Shown: positions 7,990 to 19,051 of the stretch, piece after piece
Numbering within the stretch: position 1 is the first letter of the stretch
Layout: each line of letters opens with the position of its first letter
Source of the DNA: Chitinophaga pinensis
Lineage (GTDB): Bacteria; Bacteroidota; Bacteroidia; Chitinophagales; UBA10324
Direction: 5' to 3'
Assembly: GCA_945903305.1 (NCBI GenBank)
Contig: CAMDOA010000005.1
Location: 494-64,493, forward strand
DNA length: 64,000 nucleotides
The notes under the pieces: model-generated
Databases searched by the model: none
The model's input: only the letters and a program-made list of their open reading frames with translations
Told to the model about the DNA's origin: nothing
Program-made: the position numbers and the translations under genes

Positions 7990-10608
7990 ATGGCTCGAAA
8001 ATTATTTTATTTATTTTTATTTATACCGGCTATTTCCTTTTCACAAGGGCAGGGAAATATCTGGCACTTTGGAGATAATGCGGGAATAGATTTTAATTCA
8101 GGTACTGCCGTAGCCATTCAAGGGTTTGTAAATACCACAGAAGGTTGTGCTTCTATTTGTAACAGCGCAGGTGCATTATTATTTTCTACTGACGGAATTA
8201 CAGTTTATAATAATGTCGGAGGTGTACTTGCTTCCGGGTTAAACGGCGATCCATCTTCTTCACAGTCCGGAGTTATTGTTCCTTTCCCGGGAGCCATAGA
8301 TAAATATTACATTTTTACTGCAGATGCCACAACCGGTGCGGCCGGCATTTGTTATTCAGTTATTGATATGAATTTAAACGCCGGCTTAGGTGGAGCAGTT
8401 AGTATTAATACGCAATTAATTACTCCTGCCTGCGAAAAAATAACTGCCATACGAAATTCAAATGGTACTGATTACTGGGTGGTGGTTCATGCTTTTCCCT
8501 CCGATGAGTTTTATGCTTATCCGGTTACAGCAGCTGGAGTAGGAACACCAATAGTAACTGCCATTGGATTACCTATTAATGGTTCGGCAAATACAATAGG
8601 TTATTTAAAAAGCTCTCCAAACGGGCAGATGTTGGCTGCCGGCAGATGCTTTGTTGCCAATGACCCTATTGAGTTATTTGATTTTGATGCCAGCACCGGA
8701 ATACTGAGTAATTATATTCCTATTCCAAGTATTGGAAATGCTTATGGTATTTCTTTTTCTCCCGACAATTCAAAATTATATATCGGTTATAATGATTTAA
8801 CCGGAATAAACATCGAGCAATTTGATTTATCAATAACCAATTTTCAAAATTTTCCATACACAGTAATTCAGGGAACAGGCGTTTATCATTATGCACTTCA
8901 GTTAGCACCTGATGGAAAAATTTATTGTTCAAAATATTCTGAAACTACGCTTGGAGTTATTAATAATCCAAATCAAGCGGGCATTGCATGCAACTACGAT
9001 GATTTTGGTTTTACACTTTTCCCGGGAACTACTGCAATGGTAGGATTGCCAAATTTTATCGATAATTTTTTTACTCCGATTACCTGCAATGTTAATCTTG
9101 GAAACGATACAATGTATTGCGGAAATTTTTCGCAAACATTAAATGCAGGCTCTTCCGATTCACTGATATTGTGGAGTAATGGAAGTACCAATCAAACCAT
9201 TACTATTGATACTGCCGGAATCTATTGGGTGGTAAAAACACTGGCAGGAGGATGTGTGGCAACTGATACCATAATAATTACACAACATCCTGAAACCACA
9301 GTATGGTTAGGCGACAACGCAGTCGCATGCAATCCCGGCGATATAACATTGGATGCAGGCGCAGGCTTTGCTCTTTACCACTGGAGCAATAGTACTGACT
9401 TGCAAACTTTAACTCCGCTAACAACAGGAAATTATTTTATTCAGGTTATGGATACCAATGGTTGTTTTGACATGGACACCATCAGTGTATTATTTCTTGC
9501 GCCATCAATTAATATTGGAAATAACACTGCGATTTGTGTAAACGATTCATTGCAGTTGAATGCCGGCAGTGGTTTTGTTTCGTATGAATGGAGTACAGGC
9601 TCTGTTGATTCATCTATCATGATTTATTCGGCCGGCACTTACTTTGTTTCAGTTAAGGACTCATTTGCATGCACAGCATACGACACCATTATAATTTCAC
9701 TTTCTACTCCGGCAATAAATATTGGAACCGACACTCTTTTTTGCAACGCATTTAATTATTCAATCACAGCAGGCAGCGGCTTTGCCAATTATCACTGGCA
9801 AAATAACAGCAGCAATTCAACCTACATCATTACATCGGCTGGATTGTATAGTGTGACGGTGACTGATATTTATGGTTGCACAGCAGCAGATGCCATTACT
9901 GTTTTAAATAATCTTCCTCAAGTAAGTATTGGAAACGATACTGTCATTTGTATTAATACATCAGCCACAATTACTGCCACCACAGGTTTCGATAATTATA
10001 TGTGGAACACTGGAAGTAGCGTTGAAAATATAGTTGCCGCAACAAGCGGAGTTTATAGTGTAACCGTTACCGACAGCGAAGGATGTACCACCGCTGATTA
10101 TAAAAATATTTCAGTTAATAATCCTGCATTATTTATCGGCAACGATACCAGCACCTGCAATGGCAATGGAATTATGCTGGATGCCGGAAATTCGTTTGTC
10201 AATTATTTGTGGAGCAATAACTCCGGTGAGCAACTAATAATCACCAACGGCGCCGGAATATATTCGGTTACTGTTACTGATTTTTATGGATGCAATATAT
10301 CAGATGAAGCAACTATAACTTATAGCAATTGCGTTGATATAATTGTTCCAACCGGATTTACACCCAATGGCGATGGACTCAATAATTTCTTCCACATTTT
10401 AAATGCTTCAGATTTTAAATCAGCCGAAATAAAAATTTATAATCGCTGGGGTCAGTTGCTATTTGAAAGCAATGATGCAAATGCCAGCTGGAACGGAAAA
10501 TACAATGGCGAAGATTGCGAAGTGGGTGTTTATGTTTTTGTTATTTCAGGAAAAAATTATTTGGAGCTTGCTATTTTCAAAAATGGGAACATTACTTTGT
10601 TGAGGTAG
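7990..10608 (+). CDS. T9SS type B (gliding-motility-associated CTD) surface protein with N-terminal beta-propeller and Ig-like stalk
   Basis: Signal peptide, NIWHFGDNAGIDF...EGCAS head, repeated LGNDT..C...YxWS stalk, CTD PTGFTPNGDGLNN...IYNRWG...WNG...GNITLLR. Confidence 0.9.
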   Translation: MARKLFYLFLFIPAISFSQGQGNIWHFGDNAGIDFNSGTAVAIQGFVNTTEGCASICNSAGALLFSTDGITVYNNVGGVLASGLNGDPSSSQSGVIVPFPGAIDKYYIFTADATTGAAGICYSVIDMNLNAGLGGAVSINTQLITPACEKITAIRNSNGTDYWVVVHAFPSDEFYAYPVTAAGVGTPIVTAIGLPINGSANTIGYLKSSPNGQMLAAGRCFVANDPIELFDFDASTGILSNYIPIPSIGNAYGISFSPDNSKLYIGYNDLTGINIEQFDLSITNFQNFPYTVIQGTGVYHYALQLAPDGKIYCSKYSETTLGVINNPNQAGIACNYDDFGFTLFPGTTAMVGLPNFIDNFFTPITCNVNLGNDTMYCGNFSQTLNAGSSDSLILWSNGSTNQTITIDTAGIYWVVKTLAGGCVATDTIIITQHPETTVWLGDNAVACNPGDITLDAGAGFALYHWSNSTDLQTLTPLTTGNYFIQVMDTNGCFDMDTISVLFLAPSINIGNNTAICVNDSLQLNAGSGFVSYEWSTGSVDSSIMIYSAGTYFVSVKDSFACTAYDTIIISLSTPAINIGTDTLFCNAFNYSITAGSGFANYHWQNNSSNSTYIITSAGLYSVTVTDIYGCTAADAITVLNNLPQVSIGNDTVICINTSATITATTGFDNYMWNTGSSVENIVAATSGVYSVTVTDSEGCTTADYKNISVNNPALFIGNDTSTCNGNGIMLDAGNSFVNYLWSNNSGEQLIITNGAGIYSVTVTDFYGCNISDEATITYSNCVDIIVPTGFTPNGDGLNNFFHILNASDFKSAEIKIYNRWGQLLFESNDANASWNGKYNGEDCEVGVYVFVISGKNYLELAIFKNGNITLLR

Positions 10609-10706
10609 ATATACGAACTTGTATAATTAATATTTATGTATGGCTTAACTTACTGAACAAGTAAGTAAATCAAAATTTGAAAATGATTTCAGGCAACCGG
10701 CACGCT

Positions 10707-10714
10707 TATATTTG
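10707..10714 (+). promoter_or_regulatory. Bacteroidota -7 promoter element
   Basis: TATATTTG about 95 nt upstream of the 10809 ORF. Confidence 0.5.
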
Positions 10715-10808
10715 TGTGAGTGAATTTTAATTCGTTCACCCAACCTTTCACGCTAAATAATTCGTGTATAACAAAGAGCGCTAAAACTTTCAATCAAAAA
10801 ATTTCATT

Positions 10809-13800
10809 ATGAAAAACACCACACATTTTTTCGAAACAAAAATCAGTAACAGTATGAAATCAATTCTGTTAACGATCTTTTTAATTTCATGCAGTTTGTT
10901 CAGTAACGCACAAACTTCTAATCTCACTTTTGTTTTATTGCAACCGGTTTGCAATAACGATGGTATTTTAGAAGTGCAAACTTCCACGCTAACCATTCCA
11001 TACACACTCACTTACTATTTCCCGAGCGGAACTGTATTTGTAACTCCGGCCACAGTGAACGACACAATTTTCAATTACAATGGCTGTGATTTTTATGTTG
11101 TGGGTTCTGATGGGGTTGGTAATAGTGCTTATGGCTTTTACCAGGGCGCACCACCATTTACTTACAATGTATCAACTACCGGGGCAGTTTGTCCTGCACT
11201 TGGAACTGCCACTGCAACAGTTACAGGCGGCACAGCTCCTTACTCATATGTATGGACTGAATTAACAAGCGGTGTTGTTATGTCAACTACAAATCCGGCA
11301 AGTTTGCCAGCCGGAAATTACCAGGTATTAATTACCGATGCTGCGGGATGTGTATATGGTTCATATGCTAATTACGATTCCATCTGGATATGGAACAGTT
11401 CATCAATTGTTTATACAGTTGCTACTACTCCGGCCAATTGCACAAATGGAACAGCTACTGTAATGGGTTTATCAGGCGGCATTGCTCCTTATTCTTATCA
11501 GTGGAGTAATGGCGCAAACTCTGCAGCTATCACAGGATTACAGATGGGAAGTTACATGGTTACAGTTACTGATGCGCAAGGATGCTATACCGTAAACTAC
11601 GCTTACATTTCTCAGGCAATCACTATAATAGCAAACCCAACTGCTACTCCTGCAACATGTTTGCAAAATGATGGAAGCGCCATTGCTTTCGGAGGGGGAG
11701 GAGTTCCACCCTATTCTTATATGTGGGATAATGGGCAGCAAACTCAAACAGCTACCGGATTAATTGCCGGATATTATTTTGTAACCGTTACTGATGCCAA
11801 CAATTGCGTTGGGCAAGGTTATGTAAATATTTTAGCAAGCACCCCCATTACAGCAACTTATTCAAGCACGCCAAGTTCATGCACTGCGCCTACAGGAACT
11901 GCTACTGTAGTTATTACCGGAGGCACCGCACCTTACACCACAATCTGGTACACTTTCCCGGCGCAAAACGGAGTTACAGCAACTAATTTATCTGCCGGTA
12001 ATTATGGATTTCATATTACCGATGCAGTGGGTTGCGTACGAACCGGAAGTGTTTCCGTAAGTCCAATCAGTATTGTAGCTGCCAATGTTTCAACGGGAAA
12101 TGCTACTTGTCCGTTATCAAATGGAAGTGCAAGTGTGATGGTTACTTCGGGTGCCGCTCCATATACTTATTCTTGGAATACAGGTTCAACAAACACTTCA
12201 ATCAGCAGTTTAGCTGCCGGTGGTTACTCGTGTATAATAACTGATAACATGAATTGTTCAATAACAAAATATGCGTCGGTGCAGGTTTCAAGTCCGGTGA
12301 ATGTGGGTGTGGCTACCACTCCGGCAAGTTGCATTTTCAGTGCCGATGGAAATATTGTAGCTATTGTAAATGGCGGAACTCCTCCTTATTCTTATTCGTG
12401 GAGTACTGGTGGCACCACCAATTTAGCTTCAGGGCTTACTGCCGGAAACTACAGTGTGTATGTAACCGATGCCAATGGTTGTCATGATTATACCTGGACT
12501 AATCTGGGTTACAATGCAGCTAACAACAGTTGTTTCTGCACCATTACCGGAAAAGTGTATGAAGATTTAAATGGTAATTGCGCGTGGGATGCCGGTGAAG
12601 TAGGTATTCAGAATATCATGATTCATGCAAGTGGATTGGGATATACTTTTACTGATGCCAATGGAATTTATTCGTTCATAGCACCAAGTGGTACTTATAC
12701 TTTATCTGAATCAGTTCAATATTATTATCCGTTAGCAGCTTGTCAGATAAATGCGGTTGCGGTTACTGTTACTGCTGCATCGGGTTGTGTTTCAACAGTT
12801 GATTTTGCCAATGTGATTAATCCGATACATGATGTGCAGATTTCAACTACCTACATGATTCCTCCAATTCCCGGAAATATTTTTAATCAAACAGTAGTGG
12901 TTTCGAATAACGGAACATTAACTGAAACTGATATTGATATGGGTTACACGCATGATGGTCAGCTTGTGTTCAACAATGTTTCGCCTTCATTATTTACTCA
13001 GCAAAATGCGGGCACCTATCCGAATTGGTACAGCATCAGTGCAGGTTTTCCAATACTTACACCGGCTGCTGATCAAAGTTTTAATGTACAGTACAATGTG
13101 GCCACTAATATTCCATTGGGAACTGCAGTAGTTTTTCAGGATACCGTTGCCTACACTTCTCCTATTACTAATTGGTTGAATGATTATACTCCGTGGAACA
13201 ATGTCAATTATTTTATCAATACAGTAGTTGGTTCGTGGGATCCGAATTTTAAAGAAGTGAATCCAAACGGAACAGGCGCTCCCGGATATATTACCGTTGA
13301 TGATTCAGTTTTGAACTACACGCTTCACTTTCAAAATACCGGAACTTATGCCGCACAAAAAGTAGTGTTGATTGATACTTTGGATAGCGACCTTGATATT
13401 ACTTCGTTGATGCCTTACTGGTCGAATCATAGTTATGTAACAGATGTCAGTGAAGATGGAATTGTAAAATTCACATTCGATAACATCAATTTACCCGACA
13501 GCGCAAGCAGTCCGCTTGGCAGCATCGGAATCCTGATGTATTCCATTCATCAGAAACCAAATCTGGCTGTTGGAACAGAAATAAAAAATTCGGTTTCCAT
13601 TTATTTTGATTACAACGCACCGGTTAAAACAAACACCACTTTAAATACCATTGATGATTTAGAATCGGTAAATGAAATAACCGCAAACAAAGTTTTGGAG
13701 TTTACACTTTACCCGAATCCGGCAACACAATCGGTTTCGTTGCTGATTAACAGCAACGATGCAAGCAATAATGCAAAAATTAAATTCTATACAATTTTGG

Positions 13801-13949
13801 GAAGTGAAATGCTTTCGCAAACAGTGAAATTAAATGCCGGAAAAAATGTATTGAAAGCTGATGTTAGTTCACTCACTGCCGGAATGTACTTTGTTGAAAT
13901 TACTGATGGAGCAAATAGTATGATGAAAAAACTAAGTGTGGTTAAATAA
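10809..13949 (+). CDS. T9SS type A CTD protein with SprB repeats and a DPNxK/FQNTG (DUF7619-like) domain
   Basis: Repeated GGTAPYSYxW...TDAxGC SprB motifs; SWDPNFKEV...YTLHFQNTG...IYFDYNAPV; LYPNPA...KKLSVVK. True start may be the later MKSILL. Confidence 0.88.
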   Translation: MKNTTHFFETKISNSMKSILLTIFLISCSLFSNAQTSNLTFVLLQPVCNNDGILEVQTSTLTIPYTLTYYFPSGTVFVTPATVNDTIFNYNGCDFYVVGSDGVGNSAYGFYQGAPPFTYNVSTTGAVCPALGTATATVTGGTAPYSYVWTELTSGVVMSTTNPASLPAGNYQVLITDAAGCVYGSYANYDSIWIWNSSSIVYTVATTPANCTNGTATVMGLSGGIAPYSYQWSNGANSAAITGLQMGSYMVTVTDAQGCYTVNYAYISQAITIIANPTATPATCLQNDGSAIAFGGGGVPPYSYMWDNGQQTQTATGLIAGYYFVTVTDANNCVGQGYVNILASTPITATYSSTPSSCTAPTGTATVVITGGTAPYTTIWYTFPAQNGVTATNLSAGNYGFHITDAVGCVRTGSVSVSPISIVAANVSTGNATCPLSNGSASVMVTSGAAPYTYSWNTGSTNTSISSLAAGGYSCIITDNMNCSITKYASVQVSSPVNVGVATTPASCIFSADGNIVAIVNGGTPPYSYSWSTGGTTNLASGLTAGNYSVYVTDANGCHDYTWTNLGYNAANNSCFCTITGKVYEDLNGNCAWDAGEVGIQNIMIHASGLGYTFTDANGIYSFIAPSGTYTLSESVQYYYPLAACQINAVAVTVTAASGCVSTVDFANVINPIHDVQISTTYMIPPIPGNIFNQTVVVSNNGTLTETDIDMGYTHDGQLVFNNVSPSLFTQQNAGTYPNWYSISAGFPILTPAADQSFNVQYNVATNIPLGTAVVFQDTVAYTSPITNWLNDYTPWNNVNYFINTVVGSWDPNFKEVNPNGTGAPGYITVDDSVLNYTLHFQNTGTYAAQKVVLIDTLDSDLDITSLMPYWSNHSYVTDVSEDGIVKFTFDNINLPDSASSPLGSIGILMYSIHQKPNLAVGTEIKNSVSIYFDYNAPVKTNTTLNTIDDLESVNEITANKVLEFTLYPNPATQSVSLLINSNDASNNAKIKFYTILGSEMLSQTVKLNAGKNVLKADVSSLTAGMYFVEITDGANSMMKKLSVVK

Positions 13950-13975
13950 AATTAATAGCTTGAAATACATGCCAG

Positions 13976-14003
13976 GAGGTCACCGGTTGGCGACCTCTTT
14001 TTT
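13976..14003 (+). terminator. Intrinsic terminator
   Basis: GAGGTCACC-GGTT-GGCGACCTC stem (one mismatch) followed by TTTTTT. Confidence 0.75.
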
Positions 14004-14156
14004 GTTTTACGAAACAATAACAAAATTTAATTTCCGTTCACACCGCTTTTGCATTCCCTTGTTTACATTTCGTTTTTTTTAAAAGCCAACTATTTCCAAT
14101 AAGTTTCTATTAAAAAATGAAAAATATATATCCGGACAAAAACTTAAAATAACTGA

Positions 14157-16568
14157 ATGCATTTTATAAAACTCATTGCTCTCCTCTGGTTGCTTTTTTT
14201 ATTCAATACAAATTTTTCATCGGCGCAATCATTCACCTTTAGCGGATATGTGAGCGATGCAAAAACAAATGAACGATTGATAGGCGCCAATGTTTTTGAC
14301 CCAATCAGAAAAGTTGGTACAGCTACAAATGCTTTTGGTTTTTTCAGCATCACACTCACCGGAACCGATTCAGCAACTTTAATTGCAAGTTATGTGGGCT
14401 ACACTACAGAAATATTAAAATACCCGATGACGATTGATAAAGAAATCAATCTGTTGCTTTCACCATCAGTAACACTGGGTGAAATAATTGTAACCGGTTC
14501 AAGAGGCGAACAAATTCAGGAGCGCTCGCAAATGAGCGAAATAACTTTAACACCCGACCAGCTGAAAAATATACCAGCCTTGTTTGGTGAAGCCGATTTG
14601 TTAAAAGCTATTCAATTACTTCCCGGCATTCAATCTGGCGGCGAAGGAAGCAGCGGCTTGTATGTACGAGGTGGCGGCCCCGATCAGAATTTAATTTTAC
14701 TGGATGGTGCACCGGTTTATAATGTGTCGCACTTGTTTGGTTTCTTCTCGGTTTTTAATCCTGACGCCATAAAAAATGTCAGCATTTTTACGGGTGGATT
14801 TCCTGCACGATACGGCGGTAGGTTATCATCAGTGATTGATATTGCAATGAAGGATGGTAATCAGCAGGATTTTACAGTGGATGCAACTGTGGGTGTTATA
14901 TCAAGCAAGTTTACTTTCGAAGGGCCAATTAAAAAAAACAAATCGTCGTTCATTATTTCAGCACGAAGAACTTACCTGGATATAATTGCCAAGCCAATAA
15001 TTTATTCCATGGCACAAGGACAAGGAACAGGCGGTTATTATTTTTATGATTTAAACGGAAAGGTTAACTACACCCTCAATTCAAAAAACAGAATTTATTT
15101 AAGCGGTTACCTGGGCAACGATAAATTTTATGCCAGGAGCGAAAACAAGTACGACACCGGAATTGAACAAGTGGAAACCAGTGATAAGTATAGTTTAGGT
15201 TGGGGAAACATTACGAGCACACTTCGTTGGAATCATCAGTACAATAAAAAAACATTTAACAACCTGAGTTTGATTTATACAAAATTCAAATTTGATATTG
15301 GTGCAGAACTTTATCAAAAAACTATCGACGATTTTGGAACTACTATTCAGAACGATGCACTCACTTATCTTTCCGGCGTGCAGGATTATACTGTGAAAAA
15401 TGATATTGACTGGATCCCCACTCCGAATCATTATATAAAAATAGGCGCTGCATACACTTATCATCAATTCAGCACCGGCGCTTATCAATATCTGTCAGAA
15501 CAAAACAACAACAGTTTGCTCGATACAACTGTGGGTGCAAAACCTATTTATTCAAACGAAGGATATATATATATCGAAGATGATTGGCAGTTATCTCAAA
15601 AACTGAAAGCGAATATTGGTTTGCACTACTCCGCGGATTTAGTAAAGGGAAAGTGGTACACCAAACCGGAACCACGCATTTCGCTTCGTTACTTGTTAAA
15701 GGAAAACAGTTCGGTGAAAGCATCGTTCTGCACGATGCAACAATACATTCATTTGCTTTCAAACAGCAACATTGGTTTGCCCACTGATTTGTGGGTGCCA
15801 GCAACTGATAAAGTGCCGGCACAATATTCGTGGCAACCGGCAATTGGCTACAGTCAATCGTTCAAAATAAATAATCACAATTGCGAATTCACACTCGAAG
15901 GTTATTACAAAGACATGCATGGAGTGATTGATTATTTAGGTGGCGCCAACTTTTTAAGCACCGCCGAAACATGGGAAGATAAAGTGGCCATCGGACGCGG
16001 GTGGAGTTATGGCAGCGAAATTTTTATTCAGAAAAAAACCGGCAAACTCACCGGGTGGGTTGGTTATACTTTAAGCTGGAGCTGGCGGCAGTTTGATGAA
16101 ATAAATTTTGGAAATAAATTCCCCTACAAGTACGATAGAAGAAATGATCTAGAAATTGTGGGCACTTACAAACTCACCGAAAATTGTGATTTCGGTTTCA
16201 CCTGGGTTTATGGAACCGGCAATGCCATTACCTTACCGGTTGCAAAATATTTTGATGGTGGAAACAATTCGCTCAACAATATTTTAAACGGAGGCAACTA
16301 TGGATATTATGCTCCGGCGGTTGAATTTTATGGAGATAAAAACAGCACGCGCATGAAGGCTTATCACCGATTGGATATTGGTTTCAACTGGCACAAGAAA
16401 AAGAAATGGGGCGATCGAACTTTCAGCTTGGGCATTTACAATTTGTATAGCCGCAAAAATCCATACTTCTATTTTTTAGATGCCGATAATCAGGGAAATC
16501 CGCAATACAAAATGATTAGTCTGTTTCCAATCATTCCATCCATTTCTTACTCGCTTCATTTTAATTAG
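14157..16568 (+). CDS. TonB-dependent receptor with N-terminal carboxypeptidase-regulatory-like domain
   Basis: SGYVSDAKTNE.LIGANV...TNAFGFFS, plug YVRGGGPDQNLILLDG, GFPARYGGRLSSV, YHRLD, terminal aromatic strand. Confidence 0.93.
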   Translation: MHFIKLIALLWLLFLFNTNFSSAQSFTFSGYVSDAKTNERLIGANVFDPIRKVGTATNAFGFFSITLTGTDSATLIASYVGYTTEILKYPMTIDKEINLLLSPSVTLGEIIVTGSRGEQIQERSQMSEITLTPDQLKNIPALFGEADLLKAIQLLPGIQSGGEGSSGLYVRGGGPDQNLILLDGAPVYNVSHLFGFFSVFNPDAIKNVSIFTGGFPARYGGRLSSVIDIAMKDGNQQDFTVDATVGVISSKFTFEGPIKKNKSSFIISARRTYLDIIAKPIIYSMAQGQGTGGYYFYDLNGKVNYTLNSKNRIYLSGYLGNDKFYARSENKYDTGIEQVETSDKYSLGWGNITSTLRWNHQYNKKTFNNLSLIYTKFKFDIGAELYQKTIDDFGTTIQNDALTYLSGVQDYTVKNDIDWIPTPNHYIKIGAAYTYHQFSTGAYQYLSEQNNNSLLDTTVGAKPIYSNEGYIYIEDDWQLSQKLKANIGLHYSADLVKGKWYTKPEPRISLRYLLKENSSVKASFCTMQQYIHLLSNSNIGLPTDLWVPATDKVPAQYSWQPAIGYSQSFKINNHNCEFTLEGYYKDMHGVIDYLGGANFLSTAETWEDKVAIGRGWSYGSEIFIQKKTGKLTGWVGYTLSWSWRQFDEINFGNKFPYKYDRRNDLEIVGTYKLTENCDFGFTWVYGTGNAITLPVAKYFDGGNNSLNNILNGGNYGYYAPAVEFYGDKNSTRMKAYHRLDIGFNWHKKKKWGDRTFSLGIYNLYSRKNPYFYFLDADNQGNPQYKMISLFPIIPSISYSLHFN

Positions 16569-16569
16569 T

Positions 16570-17496
16570 ATGAAATCAACGATTCACGAATTCCACTTGA
16601 TAAAATTTCATCTGATGAGTAATAAATTTTTTCTTACTTCACTCAGCCTACTCCTCATTCTTGTTTCCTTGCAATCCTGTCAAACAATAATTGACATTGA
16701 CCAGAAGGAATTTAAAAAACGGTTGGTCATGACAGCAACATTGGATGCCGATACCACCATCAGTGTATTTGTTACACGAACTGTAGGTGCTCTTGCTACC
16801 GGATTTCCGGATTCAATTACCAATGCCATTGTTGATTTGTATGAAGATGGAAATCTGTTATTCAATATTCCTTATGCGTCATTCGGAAATTATGCTCACA
16901 ACTATCATCCTGTTATTGGAAGAACATACAAGGTCAGAGTTTCAGCTCCCGGGTTTGATGAAGCCATTGAAGCAACTACATCCATTCCAGCACCTCCGCA
17001 GGTCGATACTTTTTCTTATTCATTAGTCCCAAGTACAACCAACCAACAATGGAGTTCAAATGCGTTAGAAGGAAGCATTACTATAAACGACCCAAGCGGC
17101 GAAAACTATTATATGATTAAGGCAGTTGATATTTACGCTGATACTTTTTCCAATGAAGAATATTCTAGCATGCTGTATCTGACTACTGATGATCCGCTGA
17201 TTGGCAATTCACAACAATATTCTGCTGCATTAATGTTTACTGATTTTTCATTTGAGGGTTCAGTTTATACAATTCGTTTTAAAAGCGAATCATATGGAGG
17301 AAGTTTTGGAAGCAATCATTTAACCTACAAAGTTTATTCACTCAGCAGAGAAAGTTATTTATACCTGACATCGTTGCAGAATTATTACAACAATAAAGAT
17401 AATCCGTTTTCAGAACCGGTGCAGGTTTATAGCAATGTAAGCAGTCAGATGGGAATTCTTGGAGCTGTGAGTAAATGGGAAACGCTGATATTTTAG
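16570..17496 (+). CDS. DUF4249-like lipoprotein partner of the TonB-dependent receptor
   Basis: Lipobox LQSC, DPSGENYY, C-terminal PFSEPVQVYSNV..MGILG; begins 1 nt after the receptor stop. Confidence 0.8.
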   Translation: MKSTIHEFHLIKFHLMSNKFFLTSLSLLLILVSLQSCQTIIDIDQKEFKKRLVMTATLDADTTISVFVTRTVGALATGFPDSITNAIVDLYEDGNLLFNIPYASFGNYAHNYHPVIGRTYKVRVSAPGFDEAIEATTSIPAPPQVDTFSYSLVPSTTNQQWSSNALEGSITINDPSGENYYMIKAVDIYADTFSNEEYSSMLYLTTDDPLIGNSQQYSAALMFTDFSFEGSVYTIRFKSESYGGSFGSNHLTYKVYSLSRESYLYLTSLQNYYNNKDNPFSEPVQVYSNVSSQMGILGAVSKWETLIF

Positions 17497-17550
17497 TTGA
17501 GAAATTGAAGATTATTAACTGATGCACCATAAAATGAACAAACCTGTTTC

Positions 17551-18090
17551 ATGAAAACAATTTTCATTATCGGGTTTATGACCGCCGGGAAATCACGAGA
17601 AGGAAAGCGATTAGCTAAATTGATGAAAATGAAATTTATTGATTTAGACAGGGTTATTGAAGCCAATGAAAAAAGAACGGTATCAGAAATATTTACTGAA
17701 AAGGGAGAAGAGTATTTCAGAGCAAAAGAGGGGGGGGCATTGCGAGCAATAAACACCAACGAAAATTGTATTGTGAGTTGCGGCGGCGGAACTCCGTGTT
17801 TTTTTGATAATATGAATTGGATGTTAAAGCAAGGTATTGTGGTTTGGTTGAAAATATCTACTGAAGAAATTTTGAAAAGAGTTGGTGAATCAAAAAAGAA
17901 AAGACCACTGCTGAATAATTTGAACGGCGTAAAGCTGATTAATTTTATTCAGGAAAAGTATAATGAGCGTGAAGTATTTTATTCGAAAGCACCAATTCAA
18001 ATTAATACAGAAAATATTTCGATTGAAAATTTAATGCAAATGATATTGAGTTATAAAAATGAAATTAATAACAAACAGCAGGGTGATTGA
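17551..18090 (+). CDS. aroK: Shikimate kinase
   Basis: IGFMTAGKS P-loop, FIDLD, GEEYFR, SCGGGTP, RPLL. Confidence 0.93.
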   Translation: MKTIFIIGFMTAGKSREGKRLAKLMKMKFIDLDRVIEANEKRTVSEIFTEKGEEYFRAKEGGALRAINTNENCIVSCGGGTPCFFDNMNWMLKQGIVVWLKISTEEILKRVGESKKKRPLLNNLNGVKLINFIQEKYNEREVFYSKAPIQINTENISIENLMQMILSYKNEINNKQQGD

Positions 18091-18135
18091 ATTGAAAAAC
18101 AGAATTTCTATTTATTAAAAACAGAAAGATAAATT

Positions 18136-18477
18136 TTAATTTTTAGTCTTTATTTTTTTTGATTCTGAAATTAAACTATAAGATAAATCAATCCATTCTT
18201 TAAGTTGCGAGGTGGTCAGTTTTCCGGTTACAATAATGGTGTTCCAGTGTTTTTTGTTCATGTGATAGCCCGGTTGAATACAATCAAATTGTTCGCGCAA
18301 TTCAATTGCTAATTCAGGAGTGCATTTCACATTAAATTGAACCGGTTCATTATTCAAAGGAAGAAGTAAAAACATTTTCCCTGATACTTTAAAAACTAAA
18401 ACATCAGGCCCAAATGGCAATGATTCTTCCACTCCCGGTTTAGCAAGACAGTAGTCACGGATTGCATCAATATTCAT
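18136..18477 (-). CDS. MmcQ/YjbR family DNA-binding protein
   Basis: PFGPDVLVFKVSGKMF, NVKC.PE, PGYHMNKKHWNT. Confidence 0.92.
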   Translation of the reverse strand: MNIDAIRDYCLAKPGVEESLPFGPDVLVFKVSGKMFLLLPLNNEPVQFNVKCTPELAIELREQFDCIQPGYHMNKKHWNTIIVTGKLTTSQLKEWIDLSYSLISESKKIKTKN

Positions 18478-18547
18478 TTCAAATAAAACACTTTATTAAA
18501 AAATTATTTCAGAAACAGGGTGAATGCAAAATTGAAAACTGTATTTT

Positions 18548-19051
18548 TTAACTGAGATAAACACCTGTTTCTTCACCAAAATCTACCGTAATGTGTTCCT
18601 GCATATTCGTTGATAACAGTAAGCCCACATAATCTGCCGATACTGGAAATTGTTTATGCTTTCTATCAATCAATACCATTACCTGCACTTTTTTAGGTTC
18701 TGATAGCATTAACGGTTTCATGGCAAAAAATAAGGTGCGGCCGGTGTGCGCCACATCATCTACCACAATAATGGTTTTGTTTTTTAACTCAACATCCGGC
18801 ATGCTGCAAATTATTTTTTCAGATACAGGATTTGTTTTAGTAATAGTTATAAAACATATTTTGATTGACAAACCGGAATTGTTTTTTAATTGTTTATATA
18901 ATTTGTCTGCCAGTATATATCCGTTTTCTTTAATACCGGCAATAACTATCTCTTCATTTTCATCGCAGTTTTCAAGAATCTCAAAACTGATTCGCTCAAT
19001 CTTTTTCTTAATATCAGAAGCAGAGAGCAGTGGTGTTCGGTTTTTTTCCAT
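18548..19051 (-). CDS. PyrR-like phosphoribosyltransferase family protein
   Basis: RISFEILE, PRPP loop IIVVDDVAHTGRT, LIDRKHKQFPVSADYVG. Confidence 0.85.
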   Translation of the reverse strand: MEKNRTPLLSASDIKKKIERISFEILENCDENEEIVIAGIKENGYILADKLYKQLKNNSGLSIKICFITITKTNPVSEKIICSMPDVELKNKTIIVVDDVAHTGRTLFFAMKPLMLSEPKKVQVMVLIDRKHKQFPVSADYVGLLLSTNMQEHITVDFGEETGVYLS

